Positions 52,274 to 64,000 of a stretch of 64,000 nucleotides of DNA are shown here, one piece after another. The position numbers were made by a program, and so were the translations under genes. The notes under the pieces were generated by a model. That model made no database searches. It was not told the origin of the DNA and saw nothing but the letters and a program-made list of their open reading frames with translations. The first letter of the stretch is position 1. The number at the start of each line of letters is the position of its first letter. Source of the stretch: Pristiophorus japonicus (lineage: Eukaryota); the NCBI RefSeq assembly GCF_044704955.1, contig NC_091999.1, forward strand, positions 62,062,001 to 62,126,000, in the 5' to 3' direction.

Positions 52274-52960
52274 AGGGTACATGCATCTAATGGCCCAGTG
52301 TGTTGTGCCATTACTTTCAACTGGGTGCTATTTATTGAATCTGTAACTCGCCCGGTTTGTATCTGATCCATATTGTGTCTCACCTGACCAATCATCCATC
52401 TCCCATAGGCATGACATGTGTCTCTTTTCCTGTCCTCAGCATCGTCCTCTCAATTCCTGCTTATTTAGCTCGTTAATTGTTCGTGCATGGCCTTCTAATA
52501 CGGATACACCCTGTAGCATTTTTTGGGAAGTTTTGTATCCTAACTGTGAAGGCTGTATCCCAATCCTGGTCTGTTTCCTGATTAGTAACTCCGTTGTTCC
52601 CCTCAAACTATCTACACCTGCCTGGATCGCCTGTATATCTGGTGTATCTACTAGAGATGTCCCTGTACAGCTAATACGTCATTTGCTATAGATCTCCTCT
52701 GTCTTCCTTCTTTGTGTCTCAGCTTCTTGTGTTACTCCCTTGCTCCTGATGTGTCACTAGCTATTCTCAGGATTGTGTCTAGCAATCATGTTTACAATGC
52801 TTTAGTCTTGTGGATAATTTTTTCTGGCTGTTCAATTTATGCTCACAGGTCACATTTCATGCTGGACATTGTCAAATAACAACATTACTTCTGTTCCAGG
52901 TTTAACTACCACGCAATCTCCCAAGGTTAATTCCCCTGGTTTACAATATTCAGGTAACAT
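52274..52960 (-). pseudogene. Degraded envelope/fusion glycoprotein (env-like)
   Basis: Manual translation across frameshifts and stops: ..VVVKPGTEVMLLFDNVQH..GRQRR|SIANDVLA/TGTSLVDTPDIQAIQAGVDSLRGTTELL..HARTINELNKQE/DTCHAYGRWMIGQVRHNMDQIQTGRV..NSTQL. Confidence 0.6.
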
Positions 52961-53044
52961 TTTTTACACACTTATCTTATGGCTTCAAGACAAACGCTCC
53001 TGACACTTAGATGCCGCCCCCTAGAGGCTGCTTTACGGAGCCTC

Positions 53045-53660
53045 TGGTGTGGTAAAATGCTTCTGGGCCCCCTTGGGGCGGCCTTGCAGCTTGTCCTTGT
53101 AGAATCGGAAGGACGGTGATGATCACGTTTATATTCTGTTGATAAAACACATCCTGGATATTCCAGATTTTAGTTAGAGTCTTACCATTTCCATTTCAAC
53201 CGGATTTTCCTTTCACTAGCCACTGTATTGGTTCTGCAGTTGCTGTGGTTAGGCACAAAATTCCTGCAATAGCAAAAGAACCCCAATATCTTACACACCC
53301 CTCAGGCTGGTTTTGGTCGGGGCATAATCCTAATGTCCTCCTTCCTGTCATTGGACATGGTCCGAGTTCCTTGCGATATTTTATGTCCCAGGTACTGTAC
53401 CACAGCTTGACCGATTTTTGCCTTTTTGGGATTTACCTTAAATCCTGCTTTCCGTTATCTCAAATGTCTTTTCCATAACTAGAACAGAGTCTAACACATA
53501 GACTTTGATAACTGCTTTCCGTTATCTCAACTGTTCCAGTTTCAAAGCCTTTACGTCTCACTTCCTGTGGTTCTTCAACCACCGTATCTGAAGTCACAAG
53601 TTCAACTTATATTTTCCTTTGTTCTAAACTGCTAAAGCCTGCCGTTTTATCATTTTAATT
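53045..53660 (-). mobile_element. LTR related to the solo LTR at 22087-22725
   Basis: 53510-53650 is the reverse complement of ~22300-22430 (gcagtttagaacaaagga..aacttgtgacttcagata.ggtggttgaagaaccacag); minus-strand end CCACACCA at 53045; other boundary uncertain. Confidence 0.6.
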
Positions 53661-56149
53661 TTTTCAAAGTTCCTTTTAACTTTCACAGGTAGCTCCCCAC
53701 TTGCCCAGGAGTTTGCCCTGATCCCTGAAGGCATTTCTACATTGTTTCGAAACATTATAGTTTTATTTCTTTTTTTTTTTAAGAGGTCAGATTTAACATT
53801 TTATGTTGTGTATTTTCTTAAACATTGGTACTTGAAATCTTCACAACAAAATTAACTGTTCACTTCTTCCATCCTAATTTCTGCTCCCCTTTTGTAGTAT
53901 TTGTATTTATTGTTGGATTATGAAATGTCAAGTATGGTAAAACTGTTTTTTAATCGGACTTCTCATTTGTGCTTATAGTGAGTCACAGATCACAGAATGC
54001 AAAGTACTTGTTTTATAATTATGTGCCTATCTTCTGTTTTAGAAGCTGAACGTCAAAAACTCTAATCTTTTGCGCTGTAACTTCAATTTTGTGATACAGT
54101 ATCTCATAAATGTAATCTTTTTAAGCTTCAGCTTCTGACACAGTATGTTTACTTTTATTAAAAGGCTTCCAAACACAATATTTTCCAATACAACCAAAAT
54201 GTTTGTCAAGGAGAATCACCTGAAATATCTCAAAGTCCCAATTCAAATATTGTATTGCCAATCTTTTATTTAAAAATCTTTTTACTGAGCTAGAAGCTTT
54301 CGCATCAAGATTTTACACAAAGGTATATGGGGGCGTATTTCCCAAGCCCACAGCCTTGAGACACCCACGCAGGCTTCTTTTTTTAAGTCATTACAATTTC
54401 CCTTCATCGTTATTTATTTCATTCCTAGACTAAATGTATTGTCTTTCAACAAAATGTAATCAATGCATACGTGTTTTCTTTTGACAAGTGAGCGTGTCGA
54501 AAAAAACAATTTAAACCAACGGGACCTCGCATTTTTTATCTTTTGCTCAACAAACCTATCCTTTGTGCATTTCCTAACTCCATAACATATCATCCGAATA
54601 AATCCACACCTGGATTTCGAAATGAAAATGTAATTCAATTCTAGGTTCCTACTTTCTTAAAACTTCCCTCATACAGGACAACACTGTAAAGGGTTAAAAA
54701 AAACGTTCACTCTGTTTGAAAAAGTAGGTGGGGCCAAAACAACAGACAGCTCCACCACTTTCTGAAGCAGGCTTTCAGACACTTGAAAAATTCATTAATT
54801 CCCACCTCAAATATTCCGCAGTCAACAATCACAGAAGCACTTTCATTCAAAGACAGACATTCACAAAAGTCTCTCTTCATTCAACAAAGCTTATTGTTTT
54901 GCCGGCTCTAATTTTGGATCCATATTTCACTTAAGATAGTCACTAACAGTTTTTATTATGGTCTTCCGAAAAATATCTGCTTAGCAATACTTCTGGCCCC
55001 CAATAAATCCTTTATTTTCTTCGGCTCCTAATCATAACCCTGTTAGTGGGGGATACAAATTTGGGCCAAATTCCTCTGTCCATTCCCTTCTGACAACTAT
55101 ATCTATTTTTATACTTACAGCCTCTTGTCTTTTGTCACTTTCTCTGTCCATCTCAACTTCGGGTATATTTCTATTCATCTTTCCGGCTGTTAAACTGATC
55201 TTTTTCCCTTCATCATATCCTGCCTTAACCATCTTCTTAACCTTTTCAGATTTATCTCTCAGAACTTCTTCTGGTAGTTTATACCTCACCCCTCCAAGGG
55301 CCTTGGCAGATTCCCTTGCCATTTCTTACACTGGGGCTTTTTCCCCAGTTCCCATTTTACCCATCTTTACTGAAGCGGAACTATTTACACCGAGGCTTTT
55401 ACCCCGATATCCCATATACGTACTTATTCTCCCGACACATGTATTTACTTACAGTGTCCTGACGCACCCCTCAACTGTATTTACTGGCTGCACAGAATCT
55501 GCTTCAGATTCATTGCATCTCTGGTTACTTTGCAAGGAGAATTTCTCAAGGTAATTCTCTACTGATTCGTTGTTAGTTTGGTCAGCTTTTTGTGTCTAAT
55601 CTGCCCGTCCAGTAGATCCTGCTGACTGCGCCAAGTTGTTAGGGTTAACTTCAAACCACCACTCGGAGTCCGTTAGCCTTAAAGTAAATGCAGTTTTTAT
55701 TAATAAAAGATACAAGCTGGCAGGGGAGCTAACCTTGAAGGAATGCTCAGAGAAACTGCCTGAGATATCTTAATTTATACAGTTTCAGATTATAGCATTA
55801 CGTAATTACACAAGTTACAATTAATACGTGCTGATTGATTAATACATGTTTATCTGGTAGGTTGCTTCCTCCAATCTGGCCTCTATATGTTTAATTGGTA
55901 ATTCAGGATACATGTTGCTTTGATTCTTTTTATTTAACTTGTATCTTGTTATAGAATTCAGATCCTATGTTATCTGTGTCTGTGCCCAGCTCCCAAGGCA
56001 TTTGTTCTATGAATTGGAACATCTGACCCTCTGTGGAAGACATCCCACACATGCTTCCCACAGACTGAAAAACAGGCTGTGGGATCCATTTTAAAAATCT
56101 GCTAACTCCATTTTAAAACATCCCAATTATTATTATTAATTGTAATTAC

Positions 56150-56720
56150 GATTTGTGATCTGCCCTTTCAGTCGATTATGGGGTATCTTATCGAAGGCCT
56201 TTGGAAATCCAGATAAATTCTATCTACTACAGTATGTTAGTTTACGCTATCTGTTACCTGTTCGAAAAATTCAAAGCATTTGGTCAATTCAAGACTTTCC
56301 CTTTTATAATCCATGCTGACTATTCATTTTTGGTTTCCAGTTGTTCTTCCCCTTTTTCTTTTAGTAGGGAATCCATTATTTTTCCTCCCATCGACGTTAA
56401 GTTGACTGGCTATAGTTCCTCAGACACGTTCTACCTCCCTTCTTAAAAATAGTTATTACATTAGGTGTCTGCCAATCCTCCGGCACTGCACCTTATTCTA
56501 ACGAAGTATTAAATATGTTTATTAATGCCTCTGCTATCTCTTCTCTAGATGTGATTCGTCCGAAGCTGGCATTTTATCCATTTTCGGTTTGATTAGTTTA
56601 TATAATATTTTCCTCTTGTTATTTTAAATGCAGTTATTTCATTTCTAATATCATCCGATGTCATGTCCACCTGTGTTGTCTCCCTGATAAATACTGATGC
56701 AAAGTAATTGTTTAATATTT
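56150..56720 (-). mobile_element. Old degenerate CR1 fragment
   Basis: cttatcgaaggcctttggaaatccagataa (reverse of YLDFQKAFDK), aatccatgctgact (SQHG). Confidence 0.75.
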
Positions 56721-58870
56721 CTACCTATCTCTGCCTGTAGACAACCTTCTGAGCCATGTACTTTGGTATGTATTGTGGATGTCCTCCACGCAATCTTTAT
56801 CCTTATCGTTAAAGGTAACGAGTATATCGTACCTGTTGGACAGGAGCAGTGTCTCATTCTCAGCTCTCCTCAGTTCTCGCTACACGGCACCCAATCAGCC
56901 ACGGACTTTCCTGAACCTGCGTTTTTCTGTGGGATGTGACTGTTTTCTGGATTAAATCACTTATCCTGTGTGTTTCAGAGTGTGTCGAACTCGAACTCTA
57001 GCCCAATTAAGCTGGCCAGAGCGAATAAAGCAGTGACATTTCCTGCAGATGTGGGAATGTGGGACAGATTTGATGTCCACAAACTCACACACATTAAAGT
57101 CTCGACTCATTGCCTACCCTGCCATCTTCAGTTATTTTTTTATAAATGTATTTGCTTATTTACACACTGAATTAATTTAATTACTTAGTTTTTATTCAAA
57201 TGGTTATTTATAATGATATTAATTAATTAGTAATTATAGTTAAATTATTAATTAATAAAGTATTGTTTTTGCTCCCAGGTCTTAGTGGAGACCAAGCTTC
57301 GAGAAAAAAGGTAATACTCACCAAACATTCACCTACCTGCTGTATTTTGGAGGCCAAAGCAGCACCTCCTTCAACCACTGTTCCCATTCAAACTCTCACA
57401 AATTCCGTTTAATATCACTGTGCAGAACATACTGTGAATCAGCAGTTAGTGTTTAGTTTTATACCTTTGGAGCCACACACAAGTTACAAGTGCTGTCTCA
57501 GCTCCATGCCCATTGCTCGCAGTAATTAGCACATATTTAAGACTAACACTTACAGCTGACTGATAGTTAACTACTACTAACAGGCAGTTTCTGCTAACTT
57601 CTGTTTTTAAAGTTCTAAGTTCAATTCAAAACGTTAAACTAAATTTCCCTTCTTACAGCTAATACTCAGCCAGACTCAACCCGGACTTACCACTGAATCT
57701 CACCTTTCTCTACGTTCCCAAGTTTACCACTCTCTTTGTGCACTCCGTTTAAGATCACGATGTGATGATCGAGTAAGCTCTGACATGCTCTGCTGGGCCG
57801 AAAGGGTCGGGGTGGGGAAGGTCGCTCTGTAAATTTGCAGTCCACAGGCAGACGGGCTGCTAACTCCCAGCACCCACAGGGAAACCTCAGGGGAACCGCC
57901 TCAGACAAGTTTGCAGCCGCGAGCACCGAATGGCCTATTTCTGTGCTGCAGATATTAAGTAACTCTTTGTAAGGTGATGGGTGAAGGAGATGGGATGTTT
58001 GAAATGCGATTCTGGGTCAACCACAGGCCAGGGCGTGGTCAGAAGGGCAGGTCTGTGATGTCACAATACTCAGGAACAATGTCATGCGAGTTTCCTCGCT
58101 TTATTACATCACACATACTGCAATACCTAGTAACAAAGCTCGTTACCACCCTCCCTGAATGCTGCATATTATGGGCTATGTTTAGCACGGAGATTATTGA
58201 GAGAGTGAGGAGGAGCTGAGTTTAATGTGTGTCGAGTGTGTGCGGGGAACACTTCATCCTGCAGCTCACCGCATTGTTCAGGCAAACTTACAAAGGAACG
58301 TTATAGTGGTGAATGTCATTGGGATATACTCCGTCTGCAGGAGACCCTTTAATCCCAAAGGTAGATTATCTGAAACAAGGATACGCCGCTATCACCAGGC
58401 GCTGGGGCTGCTCAGGTTAAACCCCACTGGGAGAATAACACAAGGAGCCTGCAAAAGGATGAAAGCACTGATCTTTGACCCTTTGAAACCTTCCCTCTCT
58501 GGCTGTTGTTTGGTCCCAGGCCATTTCCCCGCAGCTTTCCCTGGGAGTGCTGGGGACTGAGCGGCCCGCCCGTGGACTGAAAAGTAACAGAACCACCTTC
58601 CCCACGCCGCTCCCTTTGGGTAAACACATCCGACACGAGCCTGGCGGTCGGGAGCTTCATACACCCACCCCAGGCCGCAGCAGACGTCTTAGCGGGGATA
58701 AAACCTGCAGGAGTCCAGCGGGACTGATCTCCGTGGACTTCCCCACCTCTATCATTTTTGTTAGTCGCTGAATCCGCGCGGTGAAAGATTAAAACAGGCC
58801 TCACTGTGTGTGTACCACAGAGCTGAGCGGATTGGGCAGAATACACGCCCAACACATTGTGTGATTTTTA

Positions 58871-59769
58871 TTATTTAATACATTTAACAATTACAGTAAA
58901 GGGATATTTCACCACATTCTTCAACTCCTCTCTGAATTTCGTCTGGGTCACGGCATAAATACATGTGTTGGTGCAGCAACTCAGGAGCTGAAGCATAAAT
59001 CCCATTTCCAGTACATATTGAGGTAGAGATACACGAATAACGTTTAACGAATACAATCGTTCAACCACAGAATATAACAGAAACACTGCCCATAAGAGGA
59101 TAAAATTGCCGGATATAACAAACAGTAAAATGATGGATTTCCTTCGCTTCTCCATCTCTGGGTCACTGGGAATCTCCCCACTGCTGTGGGCCCTGAGTCT
59201 CCTGCGGGCTCTGCTCGACACTAAAACGTGTCTGACAGTTAAAGTATTGAGCAGAAGGATCAGAACAAATGGAATAAACGGTGTTATAATATAATGAAGG
59301 AATTCAATTACTGCCCATGATACTGACTCAGAGACATCCCATCGAACAAAACAAAACCAGGGACTATTGGAAATCTGATACATACCTCCATACATAAAGT
59401 ACCAGAAATTGTTCTTTACACAGAACAGCGCACTCACTGTTCCCACAACCACAGTCGCCGTTTTCTCGGTGCAATATTTGGTTTTGAGCTTCTGACAACA
59501 AATGGCTATACATCGATCAAAGGTAAAAGCAACTGTGAACCAGACGGAACAGTCCGTGACTGCGTAAAGCAGGATAGCATGGATATTACACACTTTAATC
59601 TTCCACATGAACTCAAACGCGGTCCAATAACGAATAGGAATCTGCCTGGATATCAGGTCGAGGATAACGACCAGTAGATCCGCCGCTGCCATTGCCACCA
59701 GGTAACGGCTGACACACATGGAGAGACCGCACCTTCCTCGAGACAGGATCATTATTGTCACTAAGTTCA
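58871..59769 (-). CDS. GPR139/GPR142-like class A GPCR, exon 2
   Basis: Open frame with YLVAMAAADLLV, CNIH, SVWFTVAFTFDRCIAICC, DPEMEKRRKS, LQLLSCCTNTCIY; polypyrimidine acceptor ttcttgcag| at 59770, phase 1; TAA stop. Confidence 0.92.
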
Positions 59770-59869
59770 CTGCAAGAAAGAGAAAAACAGGGAATTTATA
59801 TTTCAGATTGAGAGCATTAACAGCTGTCTCAAAGAATTATGTGTGAAATGAGTCAGGATTAAGTGAACC

Positions 59870-60245
59870 AGCCAATGGGACTTGTGGTGTTTGGGTCAGG
59901 ACTGATGAAATCATCGGATGGGACGTGTGGTGTTTGGGTCAGGACTGATTACACCAGCGGATGGGACGTGTGGTGTTTGGGTCAGGACTGATTACACCAG
60001 CGGATGGGTCGTGTGGTGTTTGGGTCAGGACTGATTACACCAGCGGATGGGTCGTGTGGTGTTTGGCACAGGTATTGAAAGAACCAATTTATGGGACGTG
60101 TGGGTGTTGGGACAAGGACTGAATGTACCAATCGATGGGACGTGTGGGTGTTGGCTCTGGACTGAATGTACCAGTGGATGGGGTATTTGGGTATTGTGAC
60201 AGGGAGTGAGTGAAGCGGTGGAAGTGATGTGTGGGTTCCGGGTCA
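59870..60245. repeat. Intronic minisatellite, 43-bp unit
   Basis: gatgggacgtgtggtgtttgggtcaggactgattacaccagcg repeated (aggactg at 59941 and 59984). Confidence 0.9.
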
Positions 60246-60384
60246 TGACTGAAAGAATAAATGTATTGGACCTTTTCCAGGTGGGTAAAGCTCCGAATGA
60301 GACTCTGATGTAACGCCATATCCAAGTCAGAGGAAGCAATAATTCAGCACAAGAAGCCGCGAGTTTGTGAATAACCTGTGGCCA

Positions 60385-60680
60385 TTGAGTGGAATAGAGT
60401 CATTGTCCAGGGATGGGAATGTAGTATGGGGACAGCGAGGGGAATGGAATCTGTGTCCAGGGAGGAGAATGGAATTGGGGGCCAAGGGACGGAATGGAGT
60501 CTGTGGCCAAGGAAGGAATGGAGTCTGTGACAGGGAGGGGAATGGAGTATGTGGCCCAAGAGAGGAATCGATTCTTTTTCCAGGAAGGGGAATCGAATCT
60601 GTGTACAGGGAGGGGAATGGAGTCTGTGGCCAAGGTGGGGAATGAAATCTGTGGCCAGAGAGGGGAATGGAGTCTTTGGT
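60385..60680. repeat. Intronic minisatellite, ~25-30-bp unit
   Basis: ggaatggagtctgtggccaag iterations. Confidence 0.85.
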
Positions 60681-61698
60681 GAGGTTACTGCGGTTGTGTC
60701 GTAGGCTGAAGAAGATTAATTGAATTGCATTATGTGTCGAAATCAGAACCTTTCCAACCATTGTATTGAAAGTACACTTTGTAACTGGCTTAAGCTGACT
60801 TTCCAAGAATATTGCAAATAATCTTTAAAGAAGCGACTGTCGCTTTACAATAGACTAATGATAACCCATGTTGTAAGATGTCACAGAAGATTTTCGAACT
60901 TGTCTGTTTGCAGCTGGAACTGTGTCAACCAACTTCCTTTCACCTGGTGTGAGAAAGTTACAGACTTCCAGTTGACAGAGAAAGTTTGAGACTGGAAATA
61001 TCAAAATATTTCACAATATAGTGCTCCATTTTGAATAGTTGCTACCGTGCGGCGCACACCGAGCTCTCCTGAACTGTGGCTGAACAAGGGAAATAAATCA
61101 ATTCAAATACAACTGAACAAACATTTTACTGGAATCTGTTTTGCAGTTTTAACCCTGTCCTGATCATCTGGAATTAGTGACTGTGAGGCAGAGCGGGAGG
61201 CGGTGGAAATTACGACAACTGTCTATAGCTGAATCATTAGTGAATAATGTCTCATATCTCAGTGTATTTGTGAAGGATCTATCAACGCTGATTTCCACAG
61301 ATCAGTGTCATTTACAATAACCAGAGGTCCTTAAAACACTTGTTACCGCTGAACACATATTTATAATCCAACACTGGGCATCAGTGCAGAAATCTGACTG
61401 CAAGCTGTTCAATAATATAATCGTTCACTAACATATCTGTGTCAATAAAGTCAAATTTCTGTCAAATCCTGTGAACCACTATCACTGGAAGCAAGTTGTG
61501 GAAACAACATACTGTTCATTGAACTGGGAGCAGCGAATTAACAAATGATCAAACATTACATGACAGAAACTTATTTGCATTGCTAGACAAAGAACAAGAG
61601 GTTTAAATTGAATACAATTAATAACTAGAACTAAAGGACAAGGAGAGCAAATACAGAGAAACATGGGTTATATAATTCATTGCAGATGAAGGACTCAC

Positions 61699-61795
61699 CA
61701 GGAATACCAACAGCAGCGAGGAGCGGGTAATAAATACGTTCCACATTGAAAAGTGCCCACAGGATCCAAAGCTGAGTTGGAATCTCCCAGAACAT
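61699..61795 (-). CDS. GPR139/GPR142-like GPCR, exon 1
   Basis: MFWEIPTQLWILWALFNVERIYYPLLAAVGIP-G|gtgagt; 97 nt + 899 nt gives 331 aa in frame; YYP..AA.G.P/VNL junction is typical of the family; the start codon is the first in-frame ATG. Confidence 0.85.
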
Positions 61796-61885
61796 GACTT
61801 GACTTTCTGTTAGCTCCAATGAGCGCTGTTCGTTTTAGACAACAACTTCAGTCAAACATTGCTGTACAGACTGAAAGAAAATCCC

Positions 61886-61894
61886 TATTTATAG
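61886..61894 (-). promoter_or_regulatory. TATA box of the GPR139-like gene
   Basis: Minus-strand ggcTATAAATagg about 90 nt upstream of the ATG. Confidence 0.55.
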
Positions 61895-62294
61895 CCTGAG
61901 GGAACTCTCCAGTGAGACAATTAAACTGCACACTGAAGGATATTAATCACAGTCACTGAATAAACAAGTTGTCCGAACCTTTTCTTTGCATCACTTTCAA
62001 TTGCAAAATATTTTAAAAGCAACTTGGCTTTCAGATCAAATAACTTTATCCAAATCCAAGCACTATTGGTAAAAGCAGAAATAGTTAATTCCACAGAATC
62101 ACAGCATGCATGTGAAGGGAGCAACTTTCATTTAGGCAGTTTCTATTATTACTGAGATGTAAAATAACTCTGTAATTTCAGATTTTCAATTCACTTCTCG
62201 GGGTAACACAAGTGAAATAAAACAAATGGATGGATAGAGGCAGGCTAAGTAAATGTCAGTAACATACACGGGGACTGACAGGACAGTGCAAATT

Positions 62295-62680
62295 AAGGAT
62301 ACATGGGCACTGATAATACAGTGGTTAGTAAGGGTACATGGGGCAGATAATATATTGGTCAGTAAGGGTACATGAGGACTGATAATACAATTGTCAGTGA
62401 GGGTACATGGGGACTGATAATACAGTGGTCAGTAAGGCTACATAAGAACTGATAATACAATCATCAGTAAGGGTACATGGTGACTGTTAATATAATTGTG
62501 AGTAAGGATACATGGGCACAGATAATACAGAAGTCAATAAGGATACATGGGGACAGATAATACAGTGGTCAGTAAGGGGACATGGGGCAGATAATATATT
62601 GGTCAGTAACGGTTCATGGGGACAGATAATACAGTGGTCAGTAAGGATACGTGTGTGCTATTATTACAATGGTCAGTCCG
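62295..62680. repeat. Minisatellite, ~35-bp unit
   Basis: tacatggggactgataatacagtggtcagtaaggg repeated about 10 times. Confidence 0.9.
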
Positions 62681-62749
62681 GATTCATGGCGAACGATGCC
62701 ATACTGACAGTCACACACCATCAAATCGCTTATTTTCGTTAGAGCAGGG

Positions 62750-64000
62750 AATGTAGAGACTGGAGGTGAGGAATGGAGATAAAAGGAGCAGAGAGGTGAG
62801 GAGGGGAGAAGAGAGAGGACAGGAGGTGGGAGGGGAGTAGACGAGAGGAGATGAGTGTGGAGGAGAGGAGAGGAGGGGAATAGGAGAGCAGAAGTGAGGA
62901 GAGGAGATGCGTTGAGTGGAGAAGACAGCAGAACAGAGTAGAGGATAGGAGGTGAGAGGAGAGGGTGGGAGAAGGAAAGAGTGAAGATGAGCAGGAAGGG
63001 GAGGAGAGTTTAGTGGAGGATAGGATAGATGAGAGGGGAAGTAGAGAGGAGAGCAGAGCAGAGATGAGTAGAGGAAAGCAGAGGAGAGTTGATAAGATGA
63101 AAGGAGAGGAGAAGAGAGGAGAAAAGAGGGGAGAAGAGAAGATAGGAGAGGGGAAGAGAGGAGAGGAGGGGAAAGGAGATGATAGTGTAGGGGAGATGGA
63201 AGTAGAGTAGAGTGGAATAGAGGTGAGGAACAGGTAGGGGAGAGGAGAGGGATGAGAGGAGTGGAGAGGCGAGGGGAGTGGAGATGAGAGTGTAGGGGAG
63301 AGGGGTGGAGAGGAGAGTGGAGTAGAGGTGGGGAGAAGGTAGGGGACAGAAGAGAGATGAGAGGAGCAGAGAGAGGAGGAGAGGAGCGTAGCAGAGAACG
63401 GAGGAATGGAGAGAAGTGGAGAGTGGAGAGAGGATGCGAGGGAAGGAGAGTAGAGCAGAGGAGAGGGGAAGGGCAGTGGGAGAGCAGAGGAGAGACCATC
63501 AGAGGAGAGGAGAGGAAGAGAGCGGGGAGAGTAGGGGCGAGAAGAGATTAGAAGGGAGGGGAGGAGAGGGGAGAAGAGAGGGGAAGTGGAGATGAGAGTG
63601 GAGGAGAGAAGAGCTATGGAGATTCGAGCAATGGAGAGGAGAATAGAAGAGATGAGAGGATACCAGATGAAAGGTGAAAGCAGAGTGGAGAGAGGAGGTA
63701 GTAGATTAGAGGAGAGGAGAGGACAAGAGAGGGGACAAGGGAGGAGAGTAGAAGAGAGGGCAGGAGAGAATAGAAGAGTGGGTAACGGAGAGGGGAGTAG
63801 AGGTGAGTGGAGAAGAGGGGGGGAAGTTAGGGGAGAGAAGAGGAGAGAGAAGACAGTGCATGAGAGGAGGAGGTGAAAAGAGGGTAGAGGAAAGGAGAGC
63901 AGAGGGGATGAGAGGGTAGGAGGGGGAGGAGAGAAGTGGAGAAGAGAGGACTGGAGAGGGTACAGGAGAGCAGAGGGAAGGAGAGGAGCGGGGAGGAGAG
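62750..64000. repeat. Purine-rich (GA/GGAGA)n low-complexity tract
   Basis: Almost exclusively A/G on the + strand; the ORFs here are compositional artefacts. Confidence 0.95.

Larger units (their letters stand above)
52274..56120 (-). mobile_element. LTR/ERV element 3: 5' LTR (~56120-55637), tRNA-Ser PBS, short Lys/Glu-rich ORF, env-like remnant
   Basis: Minus-strand TATAAA (~55775) and AATAAA (~55698), LTR end ..CTAACA, then TGGCGCAGTCAGCAGGAT (55633-55616, 16/18 to the tRNA-Ser(AGA) 3' end); ORF 55032-55322 with LYPPL. Confidence 0.7.

Noticed and set aside
57970-58860. GC-richer region with several 70-147-aa ORFs downstream of the GPCR
   Set aside because: No recognisable motif; could be 3' UTR or an unidentified repeat and cannot be assigned by eye
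59870-62680. Regular 35-43-bp repeats that could be mistaken for CRISPR arrays
   Set aside because: Head-to-tail with no unique spacers, no cas genes, vertebrate context
62711-63876. Long ORFs (262 aa Ser/Pro/Leu-rich; Arg/Glu/Gly-rich)
   Set aside because: Artefacts of the polypurine low-complexity tract

Overview
Eukaryotic, repeat-dense vertebrate DNA, almost certainly from a cartilaginous fish (shark-type IgM constant exons, SacSINE1-like Deu-SINEs, CR1 LINEs with (GTTTCTAT)n tails, a GPR139-like receptor). Only one protein-coding gene looks intact: a two-exon GPR139/GPR142-like class A GPCR on the minus strand (61795-61699 + 59769-58871, 331 aa). There are two disabled host genes. One is a single-exon P2Y/LPA-type GPCR pseudogene split by a CR1 (about 9.8-13.2 kb). 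The other is an orphan IgM heavy-chain fragment (CH3, CH4 and secretory tail, 24.7-28.2 kb) with a frameshift, a stop codon and a CR1 inserted in the tailpiece. A decaying ~1.95-kb-period tandem array [Deu-SINE, tRNA-Leu, CT-rich spacer, tRNA-Asp, tRNA-Ser] spans about 34.26-48.95 kb; one tRNA-Asp(GTC) is near-perfect. The array is flanked by three LTR/ERV remnants with recognisable tRNA primer-binding sites (Arg, Ser, Ser). The minus-strand one carries a degraded fusion-glycoprotein (env) frame with a furin site but no visible pol. The rest is nested LINEs (Tx1, RTE, many CR1), solo LTRs, MITE-like repeats, mini/microsatellites and two N-gaps. All calls come from manual reading; boundaries of degenerate repeats are approximate.
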